A DNA stretch of 64,000 nucleotides, taken from positions 1 to 64,000 of the forward strand of contig CBFGKC010000003.1 of NCBI GenBank assembly GCA_965649265.1, written 5' to 3'. The notes under the pieces were generated by a model, which was not told the DNA's origin, ran no database searches, and worked only from the letters and a program-made list of their open reading frames with translations. The stretch's first letter is position 1. Every line of letters starts with the position of its first letter. Of this stretch, positions 45,418 through 55,497 are shown piece after piece. The position numbers were made by a program, and so were the translations under genes. The DNA comes from a candidate division WOR-3 bacterium. Its GTDB lineage: Bacteria; Hydrothermota; Tepidihabitantia; B3-TA06.

Positions 45418-46859
45418 TTCTTCCCCCGGCTGACGCGAATGCGGCGTACCCTTACCCATGGGCCGCCGTTTGTCATCTGGGCAATTTGAATGGGTTCGCC
45501 CTTTCCGCAGTTTCGCAGACCTCTGGGTTCCCACCACTTCTGTCCGGCAATCATATCCACCGAACCCCAGAACTCCGGGGTTATGGATTGATAAATCACG
45601 TCCCTAAGCATTCTTGTCTTCTTACCGTTCTTGATCTCGTAAAAGAGGTCCCCCCCGAACTGAAAGTTCAGTCGGCGCTGGTCTATTGACCAGCTCCCTC
45701 TTCCTTCGATCCAGATGCCTTTTTTAACGTCGGCGACAAGATTTTCAGGCGATATATTCTTGTTACCCGGCATAAGAAAGAGGTTAGGGATGCGATTGAT
45801 GGGCATCGACGCGTAGCTGTCGGCCCTGCCCGAGCCGAATGAGCGATTGTACCCTGCCCGCATCGCGACCTCACGGGTGGAGCTGTAATTCCTGAATATG
45901 CCATCCTTTACGATATCCCACCGCTGCCCTTGGACACCCTCGTCGTCGTAACCGGTTGATGCAAGTCCGCCCTCAAGGGTGTTATCGGCAACAAAATGGA
46001 TGAGATCGGAACCGTAGCGGAAAGCGCTATCCTTCTTGTCGAGCGTAACAAAGCTCGTGCCTGCGAAATTTGCTTCGTAACCGAGCACCCTGTCGAGTTC
46101 GGTTGCGTGACCTACCGATTCGTGAATGGTCAAAGCCAGGTGTGCAGGATCGAGGATAAGGTCAGTCGGGCCCTCCGGAGGGTAATCGGCAGAAAGCTTG
46201 GCAACCGCTTCTTCGGCGATGCGCTGGGCATTCTCTTCCATCTTAAGGCTAAGGATGTGTTCCCAGCCCTTGTTCATGGGATGATCCTGGAAGGTTCTTG
46301 TCTGGCTGTCGCCCTTGCCTACTGCAACAGCCGTATAATCACCGCCAACTGTAGTAATAAGCGTTTCTATAAAGGAACCTTCGGTTGACGCAAAAAACTG
46401 GTGTCTGCGGGTTATGTGGCTGTTAGCTCTGGCCTTGACTATGCCTTTTACGCCAAGCATTGTCTCGTTGATTCGTAAGAGCATGGCGATTTTTTCTGCA
46501 ATAGGTATAGTAAAGGGGTCTATCTCTACCTTTGTTTCAAACCTGTCTTTATGGGCGGGCTCAGGCGCGAGCGTAATCTTCTCCTGAATTGTAAGGGCCG
46601 ATGCCTTAGCTACTGATACCGCCTCCCTTGCGACCTTTTCGGCGGAGCGCTTGTCAAGACGACTTATGGAAGCAAAGCCCCATGCCCCATTCTTCAAGAC
46701 CCTAATGCCAATACCAGCGTCACTTAGGTCTCTCGTGGCCTTGGGCGACCGGTCTTCGACGTAAAGAAACTGGTCTTGAATCGAAAGGACACGGGCGTCG
46801 GCGTAGTCTGCCCCGGCAAGCCTGGCAACTTCGACTGCGCGCTCGACCAAATCCTTCAT
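45414..46859 (-). CDS. tldD: TldD family metalloprotease subunit
   Basis: HESVGHATELDR Zn motif; YDDEG; CGKGEP. Confidence 0.88.
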   Translation of the reverse strand: MKDLVERAVEVARLAGADYADARVLSIQDQFLYVEDRSPKATRDLSDAGIGIRVLKNGAWGFASISRLDKRSAEKVAREAVSVAKASALTIQEKITLAPEPAHKDRFETKVEIDPFTIPIAEKIAMLLRINETMLGVKGIVKARANSHITRRHQFFASTEGSFIETLITTVGGDYTAVAVGKGDSQTRTFQDHPMNKGWEHILSLKMEENAQRIAEEAVAKLSADYPPEGPTDLILDPAHLALTIHESVGHATELDRVLGYEANFAGTSFVTLDKKDSAFRYGSDLIHFVADNTLEGGLASTGYDDEGVQGQRWDIVKDGIFRNYSSTREVAMRAGYNRSFGSGRADSYASMPINRIPNLFLMPGNKNISPENLVADVKKGIWIEGRGSWSIDQRRLNFQFGGDLFYEIKNGKKTRMLRDVIYQSITPEFWGSVDMIAGQKWWEPRGLRNCGKGEPIQIAQMTNGGPWVRVRRIRVSRGKK

Positions 46860-47135
46860 AAAATCCTCCTTAGAATTATCATTTCAAACGGGATCACCCT
46901 GCGCAAAGAGGGGATATCCCTCCCGCGAGAGAGGTTGATCCCCAAGATATTGACAAATCAACAATATATATTATACGCTGTAACTCCTCATTTGTCAACC
47001 CTTTGGGTAGTAAATTTCTAGTAATAGGATGGGTTTTATAATTTCGCTTACCTGGAGGTGGAATAGGCTAATTCTTGACTGTGCAAGGATTCGGATTAAA
47101 CTATTCAAGAAAATAATCTTATAAGAAAGGAGCAT

Positions 47136-47861
47136 GTGATGGCGAAAGCAAACCAAAAGACCATCTCGTGTCCAATCTGCGGCAAATCTAAAAGGCCTTC
47201 CGAGATGATTGCGGGCGATCTGGTGCGTGAACCCATTGTCGAGCTTATCAAGGAGGAGAATCCTGAATGGACGCCGAAGGAAGCAATTTGTCTTGACGAC
47301 CTCAATCGCTTCAGGTCCGAATACGTCGAGGACGTGCTCGAGGAGGATAAGGGTGAGCTTTCCACTCTGGAAAAGGACGTTTTGAATAGCCTGCAAAAAC
47401 AAGAACTGCTATCCAAAGATCTTAATGCAGAATTCGATAAAAAATTGAAGTTCGGCGAACGCGCAGCGGACAAGATTGCCGAGTTCGGCGGAAGCTGGAA
47501 GTTCATCATAATCTTCGGGGCAATTCTTGGATTCTGGATTGTCCTTAACACGGTTCTCCTCTTCAAAAAGCCGTTCGACCCCTACCCGTTCATCCTTTTA
47601 AACCTCGTGCTTTCGTGCCTTGCCGCAATTCAGGCGCCCATAATCATGATGAGCCAGAACCGCCAGGAGGCGAAAGACCGACTGCGTTCTGAGCACGACT
47701 ACGAGGTAAACCTCAAAGCCGAGATTGAGATACGCTACCTCCACGAGAAACTTGATCATCTCTTGACCCACCAGTGGCAGAGGCTGCTGGAGATCCAGGA
47801 GATACAAACGCAGCTGATGGAGGAACTTACAGCGAAGCGGGTCGTGAAAAAGAAGAAATAG
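47136..47861 (+). CDS. DUF1003 domain membrane protein
   Basis: FGGSW.F, FDPYPFILLNLVLS.LAAIQAPIIMMSQNRQ; N-terminal CPIC. Confidence 0.88.
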   Translation: MMAKANQKTISCPICGKSKRPSEMIAGDLVREPIVELIKEENPEWTPKEAICLDDLNRFRSEYVEDVLEEDKGELSTLEKDVLNSLQKQELLSKDLNAEFDKKLKFGERAADKIAEFGGSWKFIIIFGAILGFWIVLNTVLLFKKPFDPYPFILLNLVLSCLAAIQAPIIMMSQNRQEAKDRLRSEHDYEVNLKAEIEIRYLHEKLDHLLTHQWQRLLEIQEIQTQLMEELTAKRVVKKKK

Positions 47862-47886
47862 CCATCCCCTGAGAGCGGAGGAGAAA

Positions 47887-48582
47887 ATGGAGATTGAAAA
47901 ATCACGAATAGGGGGATATAGAATCGAGTGGGGTATTGAACCCTCACTGTGGGAAGACGATGAAACGGAATCTTACATTCTTAACATAGATGATTTGAGA
48001 ATCGAAATCAAAAACAAGACTGTTTCGGTGCTTGGAACAAATCAGGATGATTTTAGAAATCGAGCAAGTCGAGCAATGGAGGCAGTTTCGATTTTGTTTA
48101 TCTTGAACAGAGGAGGGGGTGCAATGATTGTCCGTGAAAGAAGAAATGAACTAATATGTTCTGGTTCGTCAAGATTCCTTTATTGTTTCGAAGATACTAA
48201 AAGGTTTATTGATAATAATTCGAAATTACTCAAATATTATATGGACGATACCTTGAGAAGTTCTGTAGCTTACTATAATTTAGCCCTACAAGGCTCCGAC
48301 CAGCTCGCAATCGCAGGAAACCTTTACATGGCGATGGAGGAGCTGGCGGCTAAATTCAAATGTTGGGATGAGGTTTCGGATGCGTTAAAGCCTTTCGATA
48401 AGAAAATAACTAAAAACCACGTAACAAGAAAAATAAGACAGAAACTTAATGAAGGAAGGCATGCATATCTTAACGATGGAAGTAAGGCTCAAAAATTAGA
48501 TGATGAGGAATTAAATCGCCAAAAGCAGTGGATCAGAGAAGTTATCCTCGCCTACGTGGAGTGGTTGAAGCAGAACCCGTAA
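47887..48582 (+). CDS. Hypothetical protein, possible MauJ/ApeA-like HEPN domain
   Basis: AT-rich; YY..AL...NLY.A.E.L helices and terminal NEGRHA. Confidence 0.5.
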   Translation: MEIEKSRIGGYRIEWGIEPSLWEDDETESYILNIDDLRIEIKNKTVSVLGTNQDDFRNRASRAMEAVSILFILNRGGGAMIVRERRNELICSGSSRFLYCFEDTKRFIDNNSKLLKYYMDDTLRSSVAYYNLALQGSDQLAIAGNLYMAMEELAAKFKCWDEVSDALKPFDKKITKNHVTRKIRQKLNEGRHAYLNDGSKAQKLDDEELNRQKQWIREVILAYVEWLKQNP

Positions 48583-48624
48583 GGACCCCTCCCCCCCCTC
48601 TCATTTTTGGTTTTTGAGGAGGGC

Positions 48625-49017
48625 TTACCCGGAACGGAAGTTTTCGCTTATCCTTTCCCCGGCGTCACGCGCGTTCATGATTAGCTTGCCTATCGGGATT
48701 TTTGCGTCGCCGCGAGCTATCAGCATAAAGTCCCTTCTGCCGTCTATCGCAAGGGCGTAGAAGTAACCGCTCAAGGCCCTCACAATCATCTCTTCGCAAC
48801 CGCTCAGGTTCATCCTCTCGAGCGTCTCCTTGGCCTCCTCGAAAAGACTTAAGGACGATACCGCAGCCATGTCGGTGTTGTTTCCGTTTTGAGATATCTT
48901 AGAATACTTGCATACGGGCAAGCCCTCGCGATCGATCAGCATACTCATTGTCATGCCCGGCGTGCCAATCACCAGTTCCCTCAAAATTCCCTGAACCTCG
49001 TGCGGTTCAGACGGCAT
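48625..49017 (-). CDS. Roadblock/LC7 (MglB-like) domain protein
   Basis: PG...SMLIDREGLPV; AAVSS; GKLIMNARDA. Confidence 0.8.
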   Translation of the reverse strand: MPSEPHEVQGILRELVIGTPGMTMSMLIDREGLPVCKYSKISQNGNNTDMAAVSSLSLFEEAKETLERMNLSGCEEMIVRALSGYFYALAIDGRRDFMLIARGDAKIPIGKLIMNARDAGERISENFRSG

Positions 49018-49280
49018 AGTTTCGCTCCTGTTTCCATATTATAAACGATGCCCACTATCCCCTAAATCCATACCGTAAATAAAGTATAAAAATGCAATAT
49101 ATTATAGAATAACAAAAGCCTTTGTCAAGTGATTTTCTAATCATCCCGGCTGTAAGTGTTCACCATATCGGAAGCTGGGCATGCTCTCGGTGTGGATAGA
49201 GCGTTCTCATGAGATAAACAGGTTTTCTTTTGTGGTTGCGACTCGTCTTAAATATAGAGTTCGATTGAAAAGGAGAAGCT

Positions 49281-50618
49281 ATGAAGTATCAAAAAAAGTT
49301 TCGCACCACAGATATCATTACCTTACTACTTACTATAACTCTTATCCTTGCAGTTTCCGGATGCAAGAAAGAGTTTTCCGGCGACCCTTACGTTCGTTAT
49401 GGGAAGGAGACAGGCTCCAGGCTGGCTGCAGCCGATGAGCTTTTTTTCTCAAAGAAGTTCGCTGAAGCAGAGAAGGCATACCGCAAGATAGTTGAGAGTG
49501 ACGCGAAGTGCGTGGATGCGGTGATAGGTGTAGGCCGCGCCTTGAGATACCAGGGCAAGCTGGATATGGCGGCAAAGGAATTCAAAAAGGCATACGAGAT
49601 GGACAAGTCCTACCCGCTCGCGGTACTTTTCTACGGCGAGGCGCTGATTCCGTGGTACGGCATGGCTCCGGCGGATGTATCGCAAAGCAACCTGGTTGAC
49701 AGGGGAATCGGCTATCTTGAGGAAGCATTGAAAACAAATCCTGGGCTTGTGGAGGCGCATCTCTCACTCTGGCCAGCCTATCTTTGTGCGGGTGATTTTG
49801 AGAAAGCAAACGCGCAGCTCAAGGCACTCATCGAGAAGAACTACTTTCCCAAACCGGTGCTCGACTTCGGCTACAACCTTCTTGCAGGCGCGGATAAGGA
49901 TGCAATAATCTTCACCAACGGCGATATGGATACCTATCCGCTTCTTGCGCTCCAGCAGGGTAAGGGCATACGTACCGACGTAAGGGTCGTGAACGTAAAC
50001 CTCCTGAACCTTCCCTGGTACGCGAAATACGTGCGCGATCAACTGGGTGTGCCGATATCGTACCCGAACGAAATACTCGATACCCTCAAGCCAATGGTGC
50101 TTAATCCCGCTCAAAAGGAAGAAGACGTTAAGCTTGTCTCGGATCTTCTCATAGACGAGATAATCGCGAACGCCGGGAAAACACCTATTTACTTCGCGAT
50201 GCTTCCCCAGGCGTTGATCGAGCGGCACTGCGTCAACCGCTCATGGGAGGGTCTTTTGACGAAAGTCGTGTACGAACCGGTAAATAACTACCGCAATCGC
50301 GCCAGGGCACTGGAGAATGTTGAAAAGAATTATCGAATAGAGATCCCCGATGCAAAGGTTGCCTGGACCTCCAACCTTTCACCTCTCACGCGAGACATTT
50401 CAGGGCTTCTCATCAATTACGGCGCGGTGTACAATATGATTGCTGCGGACTTCGCTGATGAGGGGCTGAAGAACGAAGCCGTAAAATACTTCCGCAAGGC
50501 GGCCGACGTTTTCAAGAAACTTGATGCAAAGGAGATGCTCCGTACTACTGTTGAGAACTGGCTTCGCATCAATCCCTCCGATCCCGAAGCGCTTGGGCTT
50601 AAAAAGAGTTTAACTTAA
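49281..50618 (+). CDS. TPR lipoprotein with DUF2723/TMEM260-like soluble domain
   Basis: Lipobox AVSGC; TPRs; IIFTNGDMDTYPL...RTDVRVVNVNLLNLPWY. Confidence 0.65.
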   Translation: MKYQKKFRTTDIITLLLTITLILAVSGCKKEFSGDPYVRYGKETGSRLAAADELFFSKKFAEAEKAYRKIVESDAKCVDAVIGVGRALRYQGKLDMAAKEFKKAYEMDKSYPLAVLFYGEALIPWYGMAPADVSQSNLVDRGIGYLEEALKTNPGLVEAHLSLWPAYLCAGDFEKANAQLKALIEKNYFPKPVLDFGYNLLAGADKDAIIFTNGDMDTYPLLALQQGKGIRTDVRVVNVNLLNLPWYAKYVRDQLGVPISYPNEILDTLKPMVLNPAQKEEDVKLVSDLLIDEIIANAGKTPIYFAMLPQALIERHCVNRSWEGLLTKVVYEPVNNYRNRARALENVEKNYRIEIPDAKVAWTSNLSPLTRDISGLLINYGAVYNMIAADFADEGLKNEAVKYFRKAADVFKKLDAKEMLRTTVENWLRINPSDPEALGLKKSLT

Positions 50619-51239
50619 ATTCTCCGACCACAAAGGCACAAAGGCCCCCCTCCCCGTAACACATAAAGGGGGGCCTTAATCTATTTCGATGTATCATTGA
50701 ACACCGCGGATCGAACCTTACATCGCCGCCGCAGATCAAAAAAGAAGGATCGGTCTGGCAAGGCATTTTTTCTTTGACCGGCCCCATTTCTTTTTTGCGG
50801 GAATGAGAAACCTGACGGGTTCATATTGGGTTAACAAAGATATCTGATGCTGGTATGAAAGACCTGAGTCTGAACCTTAGCGATATGGTTGTCTTTCTGC
50901 TCCTTCTATAATTCTAGTTATCAATGAAATAGGGTTTATATACCTTAGATAAGTTACACTGACATTTTATGATGATATAAGACAAAAATTGTAAAAAGCC
51001 GGTTGTGAATTGATTGAAGATTGCCAATTAGAGAGAATTCGTTAATTCAATTTCTTTCAGGCAATTTTTAAGACATATAAAAAGACATAAGAAGACTTGA
51101 CATGTTTAGAGTTTTTTTTATAATATATTCGCATATTCCGTAAAATCTAAAAAAGGAGGCGTAAAAAGTAAAAAATCACAGGAGAAGAAGGGCTCAGCAT
51201 AACCAAAACCAATGACCTATCATGGTCGAGGAGAAAGCA

Positions 51240-52289
51240 ATGAAGAAATTTCTGGTCGTTTTGATTGCTGCGTTGGTGTTGACTGGAACAGCTTATTCGC
51301 AGCTCATTGACAGCGTAGAGGTCTCCCAGTCTGTTGAAATACATCAAGGATGGGAGCAAGCCAATGATCTCCATTTCGTCGTGTACCCTAACGAGCCGTG
51401 GGTAGGAATCCTAGCATGGGAAATGAAGATTGACGGCACTCCCCCTTACGCTTACGTCGTGGACAGTGTTTACAACGATGAAGGAAAACTCCACTGGCTG
51501 CGTTTTGACGTTACTTTCGACGGTATTGTTCCTTTTTGCAGCAAGGTATTAATCGATGTCAAGCTTTGGCTTGATCAGGCAAACGCAATCGTAATTGACA
51601 GCATATACTGGACCTGGAATGGGGAAAAGATCAATGGCGATAATAGATTTGACTTTCCTGGAGTTGGATTCTCGGTAGATAACATAAGCCTGGATGGTCG
51701 CTCGACCGTATGGATTCGCAACATGAGTGATGAAGTACTTTTGATGCAGAATGTACGATTTGCAAGAAACCAGCCTGAGTCCATTGAACCGTCCGATCTC
51801 AGCACATTCGCAGATTGGACAGATCGTGCCGAGTCATTTACTTCGTTACCGTCTACTGCGTATTCCATTCCCCTCGAAGGCATGGTACCGGGTGCATATC
51901 TCTACCTGGCTTGGGAAGTCTTTTCCCCGGGTACCGGAGTCGGAGCTGATGTCTTTCTGGGCCCTGTATCCGGCGTTCACGAGGACCAGTTAGGTGTTCT
52001 TCCTCTTGACGTCAAGGAATATGGAGTTATTAACGAAGTCAAGTTCCTTGATGTCAACGCCTTCTCGGGATATTCCACTATCCAATACTTTATACCTAAG
52101 GCAGCTAACGTGAACTTGAGCGTGTATGCGGTGACTGGTGAGTGTGTGGCCACACTCGTCAACGAGGAACAATCAGCCGGTGGACATACCTTGCGCTGGG
52201 AAGGCAACGGACTGCCGGCAGGACTTTACATCGCACGCCTCTCAGCCGACGGCATCCAGGCTTCGGAGAAGATGATCAGGCTTAAGTAA
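51240..52289 (+). CDS. Secreted hypothetical protein with T9SS-type/FlgD-like C-terminal domain
   Basis: Signal MKKFLVVLIAALVLTGTAYS; CTD LSVY..TGE.VATLV.E.QSAG...LPAGLYIARL; promoter TTGACA(51097)-N16-TATAAT. Confidence 0.8.
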   Translation: MKKFLVVLIAALVLTGTAYSQLIDSVEVSQSVEIHQGWEQANDLHFVVYPNEPWVGILAWEMKIDGTPPYAYVVDSVYNDEGKLHWLRFDVTFDGIVPFCSKVLIDVKLWLDQANAIVIDSIYWTWNGEKINGDNRFDFPGVGFSVDNISLDGRSTVWIRNMSDEVLLMQNVRFARNQPESIEPSDLSTFADWTDRAESFTSLPSTAYSIPLEGMVPGAYLYLAWEVFSPGTGVGADVFLGPVSGVHEDQLGVLPLDVKEYGVINEVKFLDVNAFSGYSTIQYFIPKAANVNLSVYAVTGECVATLVNEEQSAGGHTLRWEGNGLPAGLYIARLSADGIQASEKMIRLK

Positions 52290-52378
52290 GTTCAAAAGCA
52301 ATGCATTTCTGTTTCAAAATCGAATCATTCGCTCTGAATTGAACGGAGACCTGAGATCATTAAAACTCTCTTAATGAA

Positions 52379-52413
52379 TTTTAGGCGCGGAGAAATAGAC
52401 TCCGCGCCTAAAA
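52379..52413. terminator. Hairpin terminator
   Basis: ttttaggcgcggag-N7-ctccgcgcctaaaa. Confidence 0.7.
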
Positions 52414-52574
52414 ACATCCTAAAGCCGGAGTGTTTCAAATTATCCGGGCATTCTGAAAAGATTACCCTCTATAACCATTGATTGCCGTGGAGCGGCAGAA
52501 AGGAGAGCGCGGAGCACAAATCTAAAAAGCCCGAAAGGCACTTTTCACCAAAATCTAAAACTAACGGAGATAAA

Positions 52575-53627
52575 ATGAAAAGGATAACTACAGTAACTCT
52601 GGTAGCCCTGGCAATGGCTACGATGGCTTTTGGATACAAAGCCAGTAAAACTATCCTCATTCATCAGGACAAATGCGATACCGCAACCGATATCCACTTC
52701 ACAACTTTCCAGAAGGAAAAAAACATCCACATCAACAGCTATAATATCACTGTGGAAGGCTTCTCAAATGTTAGCACAACCCCGAATGATCACGGGGTAG
52801 GAGACGGCCAGGTTCACGGTGTCGATGTGGATTGCGAAGGCGGAGCCATTCCTTATTGCCAAGAAATCAAGGTGCAAATCGAGTTCGATTTAAGCGACTT
52901 CAATACGGTAAGAATCGAAAACATACAATGGACTTATAATGGAGATACAATCCCCGGAGTTCCTCCTGACACGATCCCCGCCGGAGTTCCAAATCTCGGA
53001 TTTGCAGTAGATTACATTAACTCTCAGAATCAGTCAACCTACTGGTTCTACAATGATGATTCGGTAACCGTAATAGTACGTAACTTCCGTATGGCACTAA
53101 ATCAACCGGGTTACATGATTCCTGACAAGTTGTTTAATTTCACAGACTGGACCAACTTTTATAGCGATTTCGTAGTTCCTCCTTACAGCTTCTGCGCGAT
53201 TCCTCTGGACGGTATGCTGATAAGTCTCTACACTTTTGCAGCTTACGATGTTTACAAGCCGGGCTCTGCATACAATGCTGAAATGAAAGTACTTTCATCT
53301 ACCGAGGTACATGAAGATCAGACCGGAGGCGTTACTGAGCCTCTTAACATAGAAGAGATGGGTCTTCTTAAGGATACAAAGATTCTTGAAGTTGCAGCCT
53401 ATCCGGGTTACTCCGAGATCAAGTATCAGCTTCCTCGCTCTTCCTACACAAATCTGTCCGTATACTCGCTTACCGGCGAAAAAGTAGCGACCCTTGTCGA
53501 TGAAGTTCAATCTGCAGGCGGTTATACTCTTCGCTGGGAAGGCGACGGCCTGCCAGTCGGGCTTTACATCGCACGCCTCTCCGCCGATGGCATTCAGGCA
53601 TCGGAAAAGATGATCAGGCTTAAGTAG
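52575..53627 (+). CDS. Paralogous secreted protein with T9SS-type C-terminal domain
   Basis: Signal MKRITTVTLVALAMATMAFG; shares IHQ..A.D.HF, IP.C, VHEDQ and a near-identical CTD with the 51240 gene. Confidence 0.8.
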   Translation: MKRITTVTLVALAMATMAFGYKASKTILIHQDKCDTATDIHFTTFQKEKNIHINSYNITVEGFSNVSTTPNDHGVGDGQVHGVDVDCEGGAIPYCQEIKVQIEFDLSDFNTVRIENIQWTYNGDTIPGVPPDTIPAGVPNLGFAVDYINSQNQSTYWFYNDDSVTVIVRNFRMALNQPGYMIPDKLFNFTDWTNFYSDFVVPPYSFCAIPLDGMLISLYTFAAYDVYKPGSAYNAEMKVLSSTEVHEDQTGGVTEPLNIEEMGLLKDTKILEVAAYPGYSEIKYQLPRSSYTNLSVYSLTGEKVATLVDEVQSAGGYTLRWEGDGLPVGLYIARLSADGIQASEKMIRLK

Positions 53628-53644
53628 TAAACTTAGAGAAAAGT

Positions 53645-53675
53645 AAAGAAGGGATCGGCAACGATCCCTTCTTTT
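53645..53675. terminator. Bidirectional terminator
   Basis: aaagaagggatcg-gcaa-cgatcccttctttt between convergent genes. Confidence 0.8.
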
Positions 53676-53732
53676 ATCTCTGATTTATTAAGAGATCCTA
53701 CACGCAGATGAGTAGACGGACATGCAGGTGAA

Positions 53733-55391
53733 TTAAAACAACCCGGAAATTTTTCCCTCATCGTCAATATCGATGCGTTCGGCCGCTGGAGTTTTTGGAA
53801 GGCCTGGCATCCTCAAAATCTCGCCCGTTATCGGGATAAGGAATCCTGCACCTGCGGCTATAACGATGTCGCGAACGGTCACGAGAAAATCCTTTGGTCG
53901 TCCGAGGAGGTGGGGGTTGTCCGAAAGCGAATTCTGTGTCTTGGCGATGCATATCGGCAGTTTGTCGTATCCGAGCTTCTTGATCTGGCGAAGGTCTTTC
54001 TCGGCGTCAGGAGTAAAATCAACCGCTTCAGCCCCGTATATCTCCCTGGCAACGGTCTCTATCTTTCGCTCGACCGGCCAGTCCAGTTCATATAAAGGTT
54101 TGTAATGTCCTGGTTCCTCTCTGAGCACTTTGACCACCTTCTCCGCTAAGGCCATTCCACCCTCGCCGCCCCTTGCCCAGACCTCAGCCCTTGCGGACTC
54201 GTATCCCTTCTCCTGGCAGAACTCCTCGATAACCCTTATCTCCTCCTCGGTATCATTGGTGAAAATATTTATCGCCACCACCTCAGGCATCGAAAACTTG
54301 GCAATGTTTTCAAGGTGTTTTGCAAGATTCGGCAATCCCCTGCGCACGGCCTCGGCATCCGGATTATCGAGTTCTTTCTTGTCGACGCCGCCGTGCATCT
54401 TGAGTGCACGCACTGTGGCCACAAGGACTACAACGCCCGGGTCTAGGTTTCCGGTTCTTGAGACGATATCAAAGAACTTCTCAGCACCGAGATCGAAACC
54501 GAATCCGGCCTCTGTGACAACGTACTCCCCGTGATGGAGGGCTAGTTTAGTGGCCATGATGGAGTTGGCTCCCTGCGCTATGTTGGCGAAGGGTCCTCCA
54601 TGGATGAAAGCTGGAACTCCCTCGGTCGTCTGGACGATGTTAGGTTTGAACGCATCCCGCAACAGTGCAGCCATCGCGCCTGATGCCTTGATGGCTTTTG
54701 CGGTCACTGGCTCACCTGTGTAAGTAAAGCCTATGAGGATCCTGTCGAGCCGGGCTTTAAGGTCTGAGAATGTCTCGGTCAGGCAAAGAATAGCCATTAC
54801 TTCGGACGCCGCAGTGATGTCGAAACCCGATTCGCGCGGAAAGCCCATCGCTTTCCCGCCGAGTCCGATGACTATCTGACGCAGGCTGCGGTCGTTCACG
54901 TCCATGACGTGTCGCCAGAGCACTGTCCTTGGATCTATTCCGGCTTCGTTTCCATGATGGATGTGATTGTCTATCATGGCAGTCAAGAGGTTGTGTGCCG
55001 CGGTGACCGCATGGATATCACCCGTGAAGTGGAGATTGATGTCGTCTGAAGGAAGAACCTGTGATGCTCCGCCGCCGGTTGCACCACCCTTTACCCCCAT
55101 TACCGGTCCGAGCGAGGGTTCCCTCAGTGCGAGCGCCGGATTCTTACCTATCTTTGCAAGCCCCTGTGCAAGCCCGATGGAAATGGTTGTCTTTCCTTCG
55201 CCCGCAGGGGTGGGGGTTATGGCGGAGACGAGTATAAGCTTACCCTGATGTTCGCACCCGTAAATGGCGTGGCATTTCTTTTCGTGAATCTTTGCCTTAT
55301 ACTGCCCGTAGAGTTCCAACTCATCCGGCATTATCCCGATCTTTGCGGCGATGTCGAAGATCGGCTTCATCTTTAAGTTATCAGTCGACAT
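53733..55391 (-). CDS. fhs: Formate--tetrahydrofolate ligase
   Basis: TPTPAGEGKTT, KGGATGGG, INLHFTGD, HGGPFANIA, TEAGFG.DLGAEKF, MPGLPK.P. Confidence 0.97.
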   Translation of the reverse strand: MSTDNLKMKPIFDIAAKIGIMPDELELYGQYKAKIHEKKCHAIYGCEHQGKLILVSAITPTPAGEGKTTISIGLAQGLAKIGKNPALALREPSLGPVMGVKGGATGGGASQVLPSDDINLHFTGDIHAVTAAHNLLTAMIDNHIHHGNEAGIDPRTVLWRHVMDVNDRSLRQIVIGLGGKAMGFPRESGFDITAASEVMAILCLTETFSDLKARLDRILIGFTYTGEPVTAKAIKASGAMAALLRDAFKPNIVQTTEGVPAFIHGGPFANIAQGANSIMATKLALHHGEYVVTEAGFGFDLGAEKFFDIVSRTGNLDPGVVVLVATVRALKMHGGVDKKELDNPDAEAVRRGLPNLAKHLENIAKFSMPEVVAINIFTNDTEEEIRVIEEFCQEKGYESARAEVWARGGEGGMALAEKVVKVLREEPGHYKPLYELDWPVERKIETVAREIYGAEAVDFTPDAEKDLRQIKKLGYDKLPICIAKTQNSLSDNPHLLGRPKDFLVTVRDIVIAAGAGFLIPITGEILRMPGLPKTPAAERIDIDDEGKISGLF

Positions 55392-55497
55392 CTGACCTCC
55401 TTTGATATTCCCTTTAGTCTAACCGGAAAAAAGAGCGTGTCAAAGGGATTGACATCTTGATTCTGCCCGAGTATTCTTTTCCAAAAAGGAGGCTTTC

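Noticed and set aside
44125-46859. TldDE as part of a RiPP cluster
   Set aside because: No precursor peptide or YcaO/radical-SAM genes adjacent; stand-alone tldDE is common
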